DNA of 62,210 nt, the filler included, from Basidiobolus meristosporus CBS 931.73 (Eukaryota > Fungi > Basidiobolomycota): assembly GCA_002104905.1 (NCBI GenBank). It is 4 parts of 4 records of this genome, joined end to end, with 100 filler letters (N's around TTAATTAATTAA, not from the genome) between each part and the next. Parts side by side here need not be neighbours in the genome. Positions count along the whole stretch, not along the records: positions 1 to 29,052 come from MCFE01000875.1; positions 29,153 to 39,961 come from MCFE01001295.1; 2 more parts are not named here. One strand, 5' to 3'. A program made the position numbers and the translations under genes. The notes under the pieces are model-generated. The model worked only from the letters and a program-made list of their open reading frames with translations. It had not been told where the DNA came from and did no database searches. This document shows, piece after piece, positions 23,030 to 35,900 of the stretch (positions are counted from its first letter, which is position 1; each line of letters starts with the position of its first letter).

Positions 23030-25600
23030 ATCATCCTTTTGGTGGTGTTAGTGGCTTGTTGGAATTATATGAGTATCCATGTACTCAATGGCTTGTTGTC
23101 TTGTTCTAAGCTGCTCATTAAAGGTCTTCCTAATAGATGGGGATACACTCATGATCTCTCCAACCAGCAAAGTGAGGTTTTGTTTCAACCACTTCTCAAT
23201 GATCAGATGAGGGCTTGAGTAGCTTGCAATCTTTGAGGTCATCTGAAAGTGAGGTAATGGTTCTTGGGTGGTCAGCATACTGGGCCTCATGTCAATGGCA
23301 ACTTCAGGCTCTTCAGATTGTGGTATTATGAGGATGTGTTTGACAGCTTCTTCAAGAAGGTGTCTTTTGGCAGCAAAGGCATCAACTTCATATTGTCTGT
23401 TGTCAGGACTGCTTGAGCTCACTGTAAGACTCCCAATAGGGGCATCAACTGTAATCTTTCTGGTTGCTGAGTTGGAAATCTGGCAAAGGGCTCTCATACC
23501 TCCTCATTGGAAATTGGTGGGGATCCTTCTTCCTTCCATGTCGGCAAGCATTCCATCAGCATCCAACTGTACAGTTTCTTCTTTGAGCTGTTGACTAAGC
23601 TTAGAGTATTCTCTTTGGGCATGCTGAGTGGAATTACACCTGATGCAGTGTCTGGGCCAAGGTTTTTGGCTCTCAGTAGTTATTTCAACTGAGCCATCAA
23701 TCTTGAGGGCTAGCTTTTGCGGCTGTTTGGCAAGTAGGTGATTCTTTTGGTAGTATAGGTTTGTTTGTCAGCAACAGCACTCCTTCACTCCTTGCTCAGC
23801 TGGTCTGGCAGATTAGACTTCCGGAGTCTCATAAAGATGGACATCTGTTTTGCTTCTAGGAGAACATGTCTCATCTCTGCAAAGCATGGAATGCTGGGCT
23901 TGTCACCCTTGGCTGCATGTATGTCCACTTTTTTTGTCATGTCTTGGGGAAGTCCTTGTGCAAGGTAAAGTGCCATGGTAAACTCAGTAATAGCTTGGGA
24001 ATCTAGGAGTGGCTTGGCCATGTCTTCATACTGCCAAATGAACTCTACATGTGGTTGCTTGGAAAGTCCAGTTCTTCTAAAGTGGCTCAGATCTTCAATT
24101 CCATAGCTTATTGGGGGTCTACCATACTTGGCTTGTAGGTAGATCTTCATTAAGGCCCAGTCAGTGAGTATTTTCCCTGTCTGAGAAGCTTGGTGGTATC
24201 TTTAGTGCAGTGGTAGGGAATTCTTCAACCATTTCTTGTTCAGAGAGGCTGCACATCTTGCAGAGCTTCTCCCACTCAAATAAGAAGCTTTCCACATTCT
24301 TCCCATCAAACTCTGGGGCTCTGTGTGAGTGTGGTAATGGCACAGAATTCATTCTGTGTAGGTAGGTTGGTGTTGTAATCTTGATAATATTGGTAATCTC
24401 CTTACAATAAGTGTGTAATGGCTCAAATCTTGGGGTAAATCTTGTTGGGTCCTAAGGAGCTTGTATGGGCCCCACATGTTGGGTGCTAAATATGTGGTAG
24501 AGTATAGTGTAAAGGAGAAATATCTCATATGTTGTAGAGTATAAGTGTAAAGGAGAAATATCTCCAACACTTCTCAAGAGTTTTGTGTGTGGGGTGTTCA
24601 CTTGGTGCAATAACCTCTGGCAAAAGCTTGCCAGGAATACTTTGGTTCTGTCTCTAATCTAATGTGATGGGGAATAAAGCTACAAGCTTGTCAAGGGAAA
24701 ACTATTGAGCTACAATCTCCATGTTAGTTGGCATCTTAACAAAAGTATTAGCTGGGTTCAGTATCCTTTGAGATGACAGTGTACTAAAGCTTTCAAAGTC
24801 AAAACAGCTGTAAACTCCTCCAGCAGGGACTTTATTAGAATGCAGCTGTAGTCAATAGTTACAAAGACAGAAAAGTATCTTTGCCTGTGCAAGAACAAAC
24901 TCAAGAAAGAATCAAATACAACAAAACATACCTAATCTGAGTATTCCTCACAAGTAGTGCTTCTATGGTCAGTTGGCTGTCAGTGCAGCTTCCTGGGAGT
25001 GTCCTGTAGTCTGGAATTGGAAGTTCAGGTAGCAGTAGGTAGCAGTGATCACACCAATCAACAAGTTAGTATACTAATAATAGGGATGATAATTTATTGT
25101 GGAGGGATTGCCTCCCTTATATACTTTTCTCACTGGTTAGGTGATTACTAATCAAGGTATTCCAGAAGGTTCCAGTGGTCAAATAGAAATATTATTGACA
25201 TCCAAATGAGCTAAGAATGCTCTAAGTAGGTGCCAGAAGGTTCTAAGAGGCACAGCCCCCCAACCAATCAGGGATCAATATATTGGAGCCTGTGTAACAT
25301 AGGAATACCATATATGGTATCAAAATGGTAAGGATAGTGACACAGCTTGATCATGTGTTACAGGTACTGGTTTGGATACCTGCCTAACATAGAAGCACTT
25401 ACATCCAGTAATCTAACTTAAAGTGAGGGACAACTTATGCAATAAGGTAAGCAGGTGTGATAGTCAGCCAGCTTATGGGATAATACTGATCAAGTAAGAC
25501 AAATGGGATAAAACTAATATAAGGGTAGTAGAAAAATAGGGAAGTAGAAACTATGGGAATGAGCACATCTGTCAGTGGATGTCACTGTGACCCCGCTTCA
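23030..25600 (-). mobile_element. Family B' Ty3/gypsy, truncated (5' LTR 24493-25600, PBS, decayed gag)
   Basis: Collinear with 20213-22762 but diverged; multiple stops and frameshifts in gag; no RT or 3' LTR. Confidence 0.85.
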
Positions 25601-25770
25601 ATGTCCTCAACTCATCTGTTAAGCTGTTCCATTGATTAGTCATCTGAGATCTATCCAACTACTTAGCAGTTTCCAAGACATCAGCTGATTATTGAAGCAA
25701 TTTCTCATTTATCTTATGCACCTATGAACACCCCAACATATTCAATGAGTCCAGTCACTTGGTGCTTACT
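25601..25770 (+). repeat. Dispersed ~170-bp repeat, second copy 28881-29052
   Basis: Both start ATGTCCTCAACT and end ...TTGG..CTTACT, with clear collinear similarity; identity unknown. Confidence 0.7.
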
Positions 25771-26129
25771 AATTCAACTTGATCAGAAAAGTATTGATAA
25801 AGTTTACTGAACCTTTTGGTTTAGTGAGTGTCTCAACGAAAACAAGATTGTGCCTCAGCAAAATTAAGAATTCAACAACTCTGGTTTAGTTTCCATCCAA
25901 GTCTAGTATATCTAGCACTCCCAAGAAACCAAGCCTAGCCTACATAGCTAACCAAATCTGTTGCCTTTATAGCCCAGCTTGGCTATATACAAGACTATTA
26001 TTAGACCAGAGCTTCTCTGGTAATATTTCTGTCACTCTTGACAATTGTAAGATTTTACGCTTAGTTGCTACTTAGGCACAGTTAACTCATTCAAGAGTTT
26101 ATTACACTTTTATCTTGGAAACAACAAAG

Positions 26130-28700
26130 TGACCTTCTGAAGCCATTTCAACCAGGAGTACACTGGAAGCATTGGGAATCATATGTAGACCTTATAAGAA
26201 TATTTATCCAGAAGCAGATCACCAATACCAACTTGACACATCCAGAGCTTTTGAGTAAGGAGTCTGTGATGTGATTTTAGTGGCAATACCTCAAATATAA
26301 AGCTGAATGCAGAGATCTCTGCTGCTACTATATCCATTCTCTATTCTATCTTGCTAGGTGTGTAGAGAATACTGGCCATTGCTTCATCTTTTGAGAGTTT
26401 CCTATGGAGCAGATGTGTGGGGAGATCAGTAGACAAGTCAAGTTGCAGGTACTACCATATCCCAATCTCATCACAAAGATACATGGAATTCATTAAGGAA
26501 GACTTAGAAAATACTGAGGAGATATATGCACATGGCAACACCTATACCATGGCAATAAGAAGCTAAGCAGCCGCAATGCCTGGGTAATCAGTTAAGTAAT
26601 GCAAAGTTGAGCTAGCAGCAACTGGCAACTAATTTACATTAGAAACACTCTACCAAAGTATGCAGGGTTTCTCTTGGTTGCAAGCCAGTTTCTACATCAT
26701 TGAATATGAAATTTACACAAACAAGTGGCAGAGCGCACCTTTAAGGGGGACTAGAATCTGGCAGGGAGAAGGAATATATTGGCTCAATTCCAAAAAGCTC
26801 TTTTTGGATATTTGGGAGGAATTCATGGCATCAGTGACAGTAACCAGGCATATGTTTGCAAGATGCATATGTTACCAGCAATACAAGGTCTATGGTAACT
26901 TTTGAAGTACCATATTGAGCAGATACATAGGTAAGGTGATAGAAGTGTGCTAGTTGTAACAGGTGTGCATGTTTGTAGAGGTTAATAAGCAGGAGGCCAT
27001 AGTTTATTTTTTGATTTGAGCTATTTGTGGCATACCCAAGGTAGTGGTGGGTAGGCAAATAAACAGGGGTGATTATACAATGGAATATATTAATTGCATA
27101 TGGGGAGATACATAATAGTAAATTGGTATGGTAGCATTATACAGAGCTAGCTGTAGGCCACCATACTGCTGTAATAATATCATCAGAGGCTTGCAATGAG
27201 GCCATCAAGATACTATCAAGTTTTTTGCCATATATGGCAATGGGATGTACTAGCTGGTTAGATCCACTCAAATAGCTATAAAGTGCAGTAAGACTGCAAT
27301 AATGCTATGCCACCCTTGGCCAAATACCACCCAAACACCATAGTGTATTTGAGCATTGGTTGGCAGTAAAATTGGCCAAACACTGTTGTGATCCCATCTT
27401 AAGACTACATAGAGTGTCATGCATTCTAAGCTACTAGTATAAGTAGTATTCAACAATGACAATGCAAGTACTGGATGCACTGGATATGTATTTGGACAAG
27501 TGGCCTTTATAAGCATTTCTACCCAGAGTACATTGGAAGCATTGGGAGGCATACATTGACATTGTAGGAATAATTATGCCAATGCAGATCACCAATGACA
27601 ACTTGATCATCTGCAGCTTTTATGCAAAGGGCTTGTGACATGATTTGCGTAGCTATACTGCAAGCACAAAGCCAAACATGCAGATCTCTGCAACTACTGC
27701 ATTCATACTCTAATCCATCTTGCTTAATGTGCAGTGAATATTGGACCTTATTTCACCTTTTTGGAGTCTCTTATGGATTGGATGTGTGTGCAGATAGGTA
27801 GACATGTCAACTGGCGACTACTACCAGATCTCAATCTCATTACTAATGTGACCTTCAATTTTTTTATGCGTATGATGAGTTTGCACTTGGAGGACACCCT
27901 GGAAGAGTTGGAATACATTGGGGAGCAATGTGCACATGGAGACACCTATGCCATTGGCATTAAGAAGCTAAGCAGCCCCAATGCATGGTGGAATAGTTAA
28001 GTATTGCAAAGTTGGGTTGGACATAACAAGCAACTAGTTTTTATTGGGAAAACTTTGCCAAAGTATACTGGGCTTCAATTGGGTATAAGCTGATTCTACA
28101 CTATTCAATATTGAACTAATACAAACAAGAACCAGAGTGTACCTGGAAGTGGGAGTTAGATCTAGAAGGGAGAAGGGATATATTGGCCAAGTATGAGAAA
28201 GCTTTATGAGGATATTACACAAGTGTTCATGGCAAAAGTGGTGGCAACCTAGCATACCTTTGCAAGATGAATATGTAACCAGCAATACAAGCTTTATAGC
28301 AACTTTGGAAGTACTATGCTGAACAGATATATAGTTGAGGAGATAAAAGTGTGTCAATTGCAGCAGGTGTGTTCTTATGTTGGGGTTAGTAGGCAGGAGG
28401 CCATATTTGATTTGATTTAAGCTATACATGACATACCCATGGTAGAGTGGGTAAGCAAATAAATTGGGATGATTCTGCAATGGTGTATATGAATGGTGTA
28501 AGGGGAAGTTGCTAATGGAAGTACCATTTGGTAAATTGGTAAAGTAGCATTATACAAAATTGGCTGTAGGCTGCCATACTGCCATTTTAGTAACAATAGA
28601 TGTCTGCAAGAGGGCCATCAAGATACTATCAGTTGTTTTCCATATATTTTAATTGGATGTACTAGCTGGCTGGAACTGCACAAACAAGTATAGGCCAACA
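26130..28700 (+). pseudogene. Two tandem decayed 3' halves of a CACTA/En-Spm (CMC) transposase
   Basis: YYIHSLFYLARCVENTGHCFIF*EFPMEQMCGEISRQVK fits the HL..GP..W.FP.ER.G motif (DUF4218-like); units ~26130-27290 and ~27480-28690. Confidence 0.75.
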
Positions 28701-29052
28701 TGGAACCATGTGTTGTGCATCAACATTTAACACTTAGCCAACTTCACTCCATTACAAAATCTAGTACTCTAACTGATTTTCCCTAACCCAAACATAACTA
28801 ATCCCTGTTATGGTTTATTTTATCACTTCTCAGAAGCTATTTTTTAGCTGTCAAACCTGATCAATTTTTGAGTGGTCATTATGTCCTCAACTGATCTGCT
28901 AAGCCTTTCCAAAGGATTAGTCATCTGATATCTATCCAACCACTTAGTAATTGTCAAGATATTAGCTGATTAATGATGCAATTTCTCATTTATCTCACGC
29001 ACCTATCAACACCCCAACAGATTTCATTTAGTCCAGTCTCTTGGCACTTACT

Positions 29053-29152
29053 NNNNNNNNNNNNNNNNNNNNNNNNNNNNNNNNNNNNNNNNNNNNTTAA
29101 TTAATTAANNNNNNNNNNNNNNNNNNNNNNNNNNNNNNNNNNNNNNNNNNNN
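29053..29152. other. Scaffold gap with TTAATTAATTAA pad
   Basis: 100-bp N run with a central 12-mer that has stops in all six frames. Confidence 0.97.
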
Positions 29153-29860
29153 TGTTACAACAAAGATGCAGTCAGGCAAAGATATGAAAAATTGCCAGGA
29201 GAAGAAATGAAAAACTAATTAACAGAACTACCTTGCTGGTGGATGAGATGGAACCTGTGGGCATACCAACTACTGATGAGGATATGATAGTAACCATCCT
29301 GAACAGCCTGACAGACCAGCTTCAGAGCCTTGTATCAGCCCTAGAGTCCAGAACTGAAGATTTGATCTTATATTATGCATATGGAAGGCTCCTGAATGAA
29401 TAATTAAGAAAATCAGGCACCAATAAAAAGGAAGAAGAAGGTGCTTAAATAAGCAATGATAACCAACAAAGAACATACCCAAGAGCTTGCAAAGGCAATG
29501 TCAACCTGTTTTGCAGCTACTGCAAGAGGAAAGGACACACATCAGACTGGTGCTTGAAAAAGAGAGATAGTCAGCAGAAAAGCCTGAATATGGAAATGCT
29601 GCAACAACTGAAGATAGACTATTCATATTTGCACTAAATACGACCACAAACAAGGATTCTCAGATGTGGTATACTGACTCTGGAGTATCTCAACACTGCA
29701 CACACCAAAAGAACTTTTTACCTAATGTTAAGAAATTCCAATTAAGAAGGTTCTCTTAGGTGACAATAGAACACCTGATGCAGTGGGAGAAGGAACTATC
29801 CAAGTAAACCTTAGAAGCAGTAAAGGGAGCCATACACTCACCTTTATAGAAGTACACTAT

Positions 29861-30593
29861 AGTCTTGTTCTGTTGGATAGTGCCACATTGAGCTATGAGT
29901 GCTAAATGATGCGATACTGTGCCAGAGAGGCCAAACAAGCCTATACTTGGCCACAGAGAGTGAAACAAAGATCTGCATCTTCATGCAAAGCAGCCCCTGT
30001 GCTTCACCTATGATGCAGGAGAAAATCCATCTTTTGACGTTTTTTTGTGGATCAATATTGTGCAGGATGTGTAAGAGCACTAAAGGATTGAAGATTTACA
30101 TCTGGTACTCAATACCCATGGCACTCTGAATCTAGCTCCTGTGGCTTGTAACATATCACAAAAATGCATGGCACTATCTTGGTCCGCTGGTACTATCTGG
30201 CACTATATTTAATTATTAGCCCTAAAATAAGATCAATACAAAGCACTTATAGTGCCAGATAGTACCAGTGGACCAAGATAGTGCCATGCATTTTTGTGAC
30301 ATGTTGCAAGCCACAGAATCTAGACTCAGAGTGCCAGCAGTATTGAGCACCAGATGCATATCTTCAATCCTTTTGTGCACTTGCACATCCTGTACAACAT
30401 TCACCTAAAAAAAAGGTCAAAAAATGGATTTTCTCCATCACAATGAGTGGAACACAGGGGCTGCTTTGCATGAAGATGCAGCACTGTGCTGCACACTCTG
30501 TGGCCAAGTGTAGGCTCACTTGGCCTCCCTGGCACACTATGGCATCATTTGGCACTCATGGCTCAATGTGGCACTATCCAATGGAACAAGTCT
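29861..30593. mobile_element. Foldback/MITE-like element with ~346-bp inverted arms
   Basis: Arms 29861-30207 and 30248-30593; 40-bp spacer; termini AGTCTTG...CAAGTCT; 3-bp TSD TAT restores the copia frame; repeated GATAGTGCC motifs. Confidence 0.88.
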
Positions 30594-31156
30594 TATGTAT
30601 CAGAAATGGCCAAGAACCTATTCTCAGCAAGCAGGGCCACAGCATAAGGACTCAGCTTCAGTTTTGGCAATTCTGGATGCAGGATCACTGATCAAAATAA
30701 TGCTCATATGGATTTTGACACCAGAGGTCAGAATCTATCTAGGTTGGCTTATATTACATTGTATCTAGAAGCTAATATATAACTTGAATGAAGAAACATC
30801 AATGCCTTGGCATAAGAAATTTGGACACATCAATTTTGATTATTTGCGCATGATGATCAAAGATCAGCTAATTTCCAGAGTAAAATTTGATCCCCCAGCT
30901 AATTTGAAGCACTATGAAGCCTGCATATATGGGAACCAAGTCAGACAGCTGTTCAAGAGCTCTGGGCTAATGAAAACTTAGAAAAAATTAGATCTAACTC
31001 ACTTGGATCTGTGTGGACCTATGCAAAATTTATACTATGGCTGGAAGAGGTATTTAATCACTTTTATTGATGATTACTCAAGATACACATGAGTCTACTT
31101 CATGGAGAGAAAGGAAGAAGCTCTGTCTAAGCTCAGGGAGCTTAAAGCCATGGTGG

Positions 31157-31961
31157 TGTGGTGGTGTAGAGGTACTCCTGGGAGAAGCTACACAACTCAA
31201 GGTGTGTGAGGTGTTTGATGGGTGCAATAACCTCTTTGTATAAACTGCTGGTGTCTTTGTCAATATGTCACTATGGTAAAACCTCCTGCTTCTCTAGCTT
31301 CCTAGAAGCTCCAAGTGTCTTCAAAGGCCTCTGTGTGTCTTGTGCACTACCCTGAAGAGCTCCTTGATGGCAAGTCTGAGGTGTAACTGTTAAAGGTAGG
31401 TGCAGTGATCAACTGCTAATCAATAAGGGAGAAGTGTTACTGATAGAGGGGATGATTTATTGATGAGGGATTGCTTTCCCTTAAATACTTTTCCTGATTG
31501 CCAAGTGAATACTAATGACAAGGCTCTAAAAGATGCTAGGCATTAGTGGAATTCTTGATGACATCACTATGAGCTAAAAATACGCAAAGAATGTCCTGGA
31601 TGGTTCTAAAAGGCACAGCACATCCAACCAATCAGGGATCAGTAGTCTGAAACCTGTGCAATATAGAAATACCATATATGGTATTGAAATAGTAGGGATG
31701 GTAACACAGACCTAGGTCATGTATCACAGGTACTGATGTGGGTTCTTGCCTTTTGTAGATACATATACTGATCACAAAGCTGAATAACATCCGGGATAAC
31801 TAATGCTAATAACTATTCAGGGTAAGCATAATATGGGGACAATACTGATAATATGGGCACAAGAAGAATGCAATAATACTGATAAGATAAAATATGGATG
31901 AGTATATCATAATGGCTGTATGAATAAGCTTGCCTATGGGTGGTATGCTTATCCCACCACA
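31157..31961 (-). mobile_element. B2 solo LTR inside copia integrase
   Basis: Homologous to 4371-5174; TSD GTGG (31153-31156) / GCGG (31962-31965). Confidence 0.9.
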
Positions 31962-32983
31962 GCGGAGAGAGAAACTGGTAAAAGAATCAAGAAAATATGC
32001 ACTGACAATGGTGGAGAATATTCCTCAAACTCTTCATCCACTTCTGCAAAATTCATGGGAAAAAGCAAGAGACTACTGTACCATACTTCCCACAACAAAA
32101 TGGAGAAAGCAGAATTGCAAACAGATCAATAATTGATATGGCAAGATCTCTGATCTGTGATCACAAAGTATCCTATGACTTTTGGGTGGAATCAGTTGCC
32201 ACAGCTTTATACCTCAAAATAGGGGTTACAACATAATACACTGTGATTGTACTCTATATGAAGCATGACATGGATGCAGATCAAGTGCACAACATCTAAG
32301 AATATTTGAGTATAGAGCATATGCCAAGAAACTGCCCAGAAATCATGCAAAATCTGAGCCAAAAAGCTTATAATGCATATTTTTAAGCTACCGCAATGAG
32401 AGTTAAAGCATACAAGCTCTACAGTACCAAGGCAAAGAAGCTACTCAAGTCCAGGGATGTTTTTTTTGATGGAAATTCAAGTTGTCACAAAAAGTGACAT
32501 CAAATGATGACAAAATTTGATCTTTGATCCTCCAATTGTCAGGATTGAATCAGTGCAAAACAGTAAGGGTTTTTCACTCCAGAGGACAGTACAACTGTGG
32601 TTCAGCCTGAAGGAGTGCTAGGAATATCCCAGAAGTGATAATTCCAGTATCAAATGCCTGGTAAACCAACCAGGCAAGAAATAGCCCAAATTACTACATC
32701 AATGTAGGTACACATTAGCCTATGCCTATTCAATCCATATTGATGAGCCTCAGACTGTAAAGAAAGCCATAAATGGCTTGCAGAAGAAGTTTTGGAGATC
32801 TGCGCTGACTGAGGAATAGCAGGCTTTAATTGAAAATCAATCATGTGGCTTGGTCAATTAAACAATCATCCAAAAATAAATTGGATGCAAATGGATCTTT
32901 AGGACAAAATATAAGGCTGATTGTACAATGAATGATACAAAGCAAGACTTGTGGCCAAAGAAAACTCTGAAACAATAGGACTT

Positions 32984-35900
32984 TGTTATGATCTGCCGCT
33001 TGAATGTTTAAGTTAGATCAGTTTTTAGTCAAATCAATTAGTATATGTTTAGGTTATCAGTATATCAGTATTATCTATGAAATCAGTAGCATTAGTCAGC
33101 AAATGAATCAGCAGATCCTTATCAGACAGAAATAGATATATTAAGTAGGATCTTATTGGGTGATGATGATGCAATCAAATGAGTCATCAGCCACAACCTA
33201 CATTAGGAAATACAATTAGTCAGCAATTGATCTGGCAAAATGTATATAAGGAGCTGCTGGAACCTCAATAAAAATCAGTTCAAGTTTTAGTGAATACAAT
33301 ACTAGCTAAACTCCCTATTCCTCTACAACTCTTATACCAAGACTTGTAACATTGGTAGCAGCGATAACCAGAAACCTCCCTCCTGAAGAAAGAAGAAAAC
33401 ACCCTCAAGATGTCGGACAATCAAGAATGGAAGAATGCCATGCAGCAAATCCTGGCCCAACAGCAACAGCTACTCCAGATCCTCAGCCAACAGCAACAAG
33501 GAATGACTACCATGGCTCAGAGCCAGCAAAGCCCTGTCAAGAGCAACTTTAGTGTGAAGGTCAACCGGTACCATGGCAGAGTCAATGAAAACCTGGGAAC
33601 TTGGCTCTTTCAGATTGAAGAAGCTTTTAAAGCTAAAGGAATTGCTCCAGAGAGCAAGTTGCATTATGCAGCTTCTTACCTGGCAGATGCAGCTTTACAG
33701 TGGTACCACAACAAGATCAGGTCAGCTACTATGATGGGATGCACTACAATCTCTACCTGGGATGAGTTTGTGTCGGAAATTCAGGATGCTTTTGAACCTC
33801 CACACCAGCAGACACTACTAAGAAGGAAGTTAAAGACACTCAGACAGAAAGGAATGGTGCAAGAGTACATCTATGAGTACAGATGTCTACTTGGACAAAT
33901 TGAAAGAATGGACCCCTTGGATCAAGTTGAATACTTTATTGATGGGTTGAAAGAAAGAACTCGCAAGGAAGTCAATTACCGAAGACCTCAGACTATTGAA
34001 GAAGCCATCAAGATTGCCATTGACTATGACTCAGCTATGTTTGGAGTTGGGAAGCCTACAGTGACAAGTCAGAAAGGCTATAATCATTATGAAAGAAGAC
34101 AATCAGAAGCAGTACCAATGGAAATAGACGCTATGCAGAAGAATCCCTCCTCAGAAGAATGCAAGAAGAGAGGACTTTGCTTCAATTGCCACCAGCAGGG
34201 ACATATTGCAAAGTACTGCCCTCAGAGAAGAAATGGACACCAGCCAACAAGAACCTTCAACCATATTGAGTCCCATGAACACAGTAATGTGGAAGATGAG
34301 CTTGAAGAAGACTCGGAACTCACCTTCCATATGACAGAAGAGTACTTGTCCCAAATGACTTCAAACTCAGGGAAGTTATTGTACCTGAATGGAGCAATCA
34401 ATGGAGTACCTGCCAAGATCATGATTGACTCAGGAGCATCGCATGAGTACATGTCAGAGCAATTTGCTTTGAAAGCTGGAATCAACTCGGAACCTACCAA
34501 ATCAACTTCAGTTTCCACAGCTGATGGGAACTCCCACATAATCAACCGTATTACCCAGCCAGTAAGAATGAAGATCAATGACTATGAAGAAGACCTACAG
34601 GCTTATATATTTGGGAACTGCAAGTTTGACCTTGTACTTGGAAAAACCTGGCTATTTTGTCGTAATCCATCAATCAACTGGAGAACCCATGCTACTCAGA
34701 TCCAAAAAGACAACAAGACCTATGAGCTATTACCTGCCAGGCTGGATTTCAACTTGGTCAATTCCAGTGTGTGTGAGATAAGTGAACTTAGCAAGACCCA
34801 GTTCTGTAGAGCACTTAGAAAAGGTACCCAGATGTTCCTCATGGCGGTATTACAGGAGGATTCCTCTACCCCAGCACCCCAGCAGGTCCAGACTCTCTTG
34901 AAGAAATACTCAGATGTGTTTCCAGATGAGCTTGTAAGCCTACCACCAGTCAGAGACGTGGATCATGCCATTGACACAGGAGATAGCCCTCCAGTAAGCA
35001 AGACACCTTACAGAATGAGTCCATTGGAATTGGAGGAAATGAAGAGACAAATTGATCAGCTATTGGAGCAAGGATACATCAGGCCCAGCAAGTCACCCTG
35101 GGGAGCACCAGTGCTTTTTGTGAAAAAGAAGGATGGAACACTTAGGATGTGCATTGACTACAGAGCCCTGAACTCAGTTACCGTCAAGAATAAGTACCCC
35201 ATACCTCGGATTGATGAGCTTTTAGACCAACTTAATGGAGCCACTATTTTCAGCAAGATTGACCTCATGTCAGGATACAACCAGATTAGGGTAAAACCAG
35301 AAGATATCCCTAAGACAGCATTCAGGACCAGATATGGACATTACGAGTACTTAGTCATGAGTTTTGGCCTCACTAATGCCCCTGCAACATTCATGACGCT
35401 GATGCAGACTGTCTTTCAGGAGTACTTAGACAAGTTTGTGATAATCTACCTGGATGACATATTGATATACAGCAAGACAGAAAAGGATCACTTGGTGCAC
35501 ATTGAAAAGGTCTTGAAGAAACTAAGAGAGAACAAGCTATACGGCAAGCTAGCCAAGTGTGAATTCTTCAAGGAACACGTAGAATATCTGGGACACATAG
35601 TGACTAGCACAGGAGTAACCTTAGACCCCAAGAAGGTGGAAGTAATCAAGAATTTGAAGCAGCCCCATAGCATATCAGAACTCAGATCCTTCCTTGGAAT
35701 GGTTTCCTATTATCGGATATTTGTCAAGTCATTTGCAAGTATTGCAGCCCCTTTAACTGATATCCTCAAGAAAGACAATACCTACAAGTGGGACATAGGT
35801 TGTGAGACTGCCTTCCAGACGCTAAAGAATGAACTTGCTAAGTTGCCAAGCTTAAGAATACCAGACTTCAGAAAGGAGTTCACTCTATGCACAGATGCTT

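Noticed and set aside
25601-25604. ATGT flank of B' as a decayed ACGT CpG target
   Set aside because: The other flank is lost and the repeat copy at 28881 also reads ATGT; not scored.
29097-29108. TTAATTAATTAA palindrome, repeated at 40006-40017 and 53267-53278
   Set aside because: Centred in 100-bp N runs each time; a scaffolding pad, not biology.
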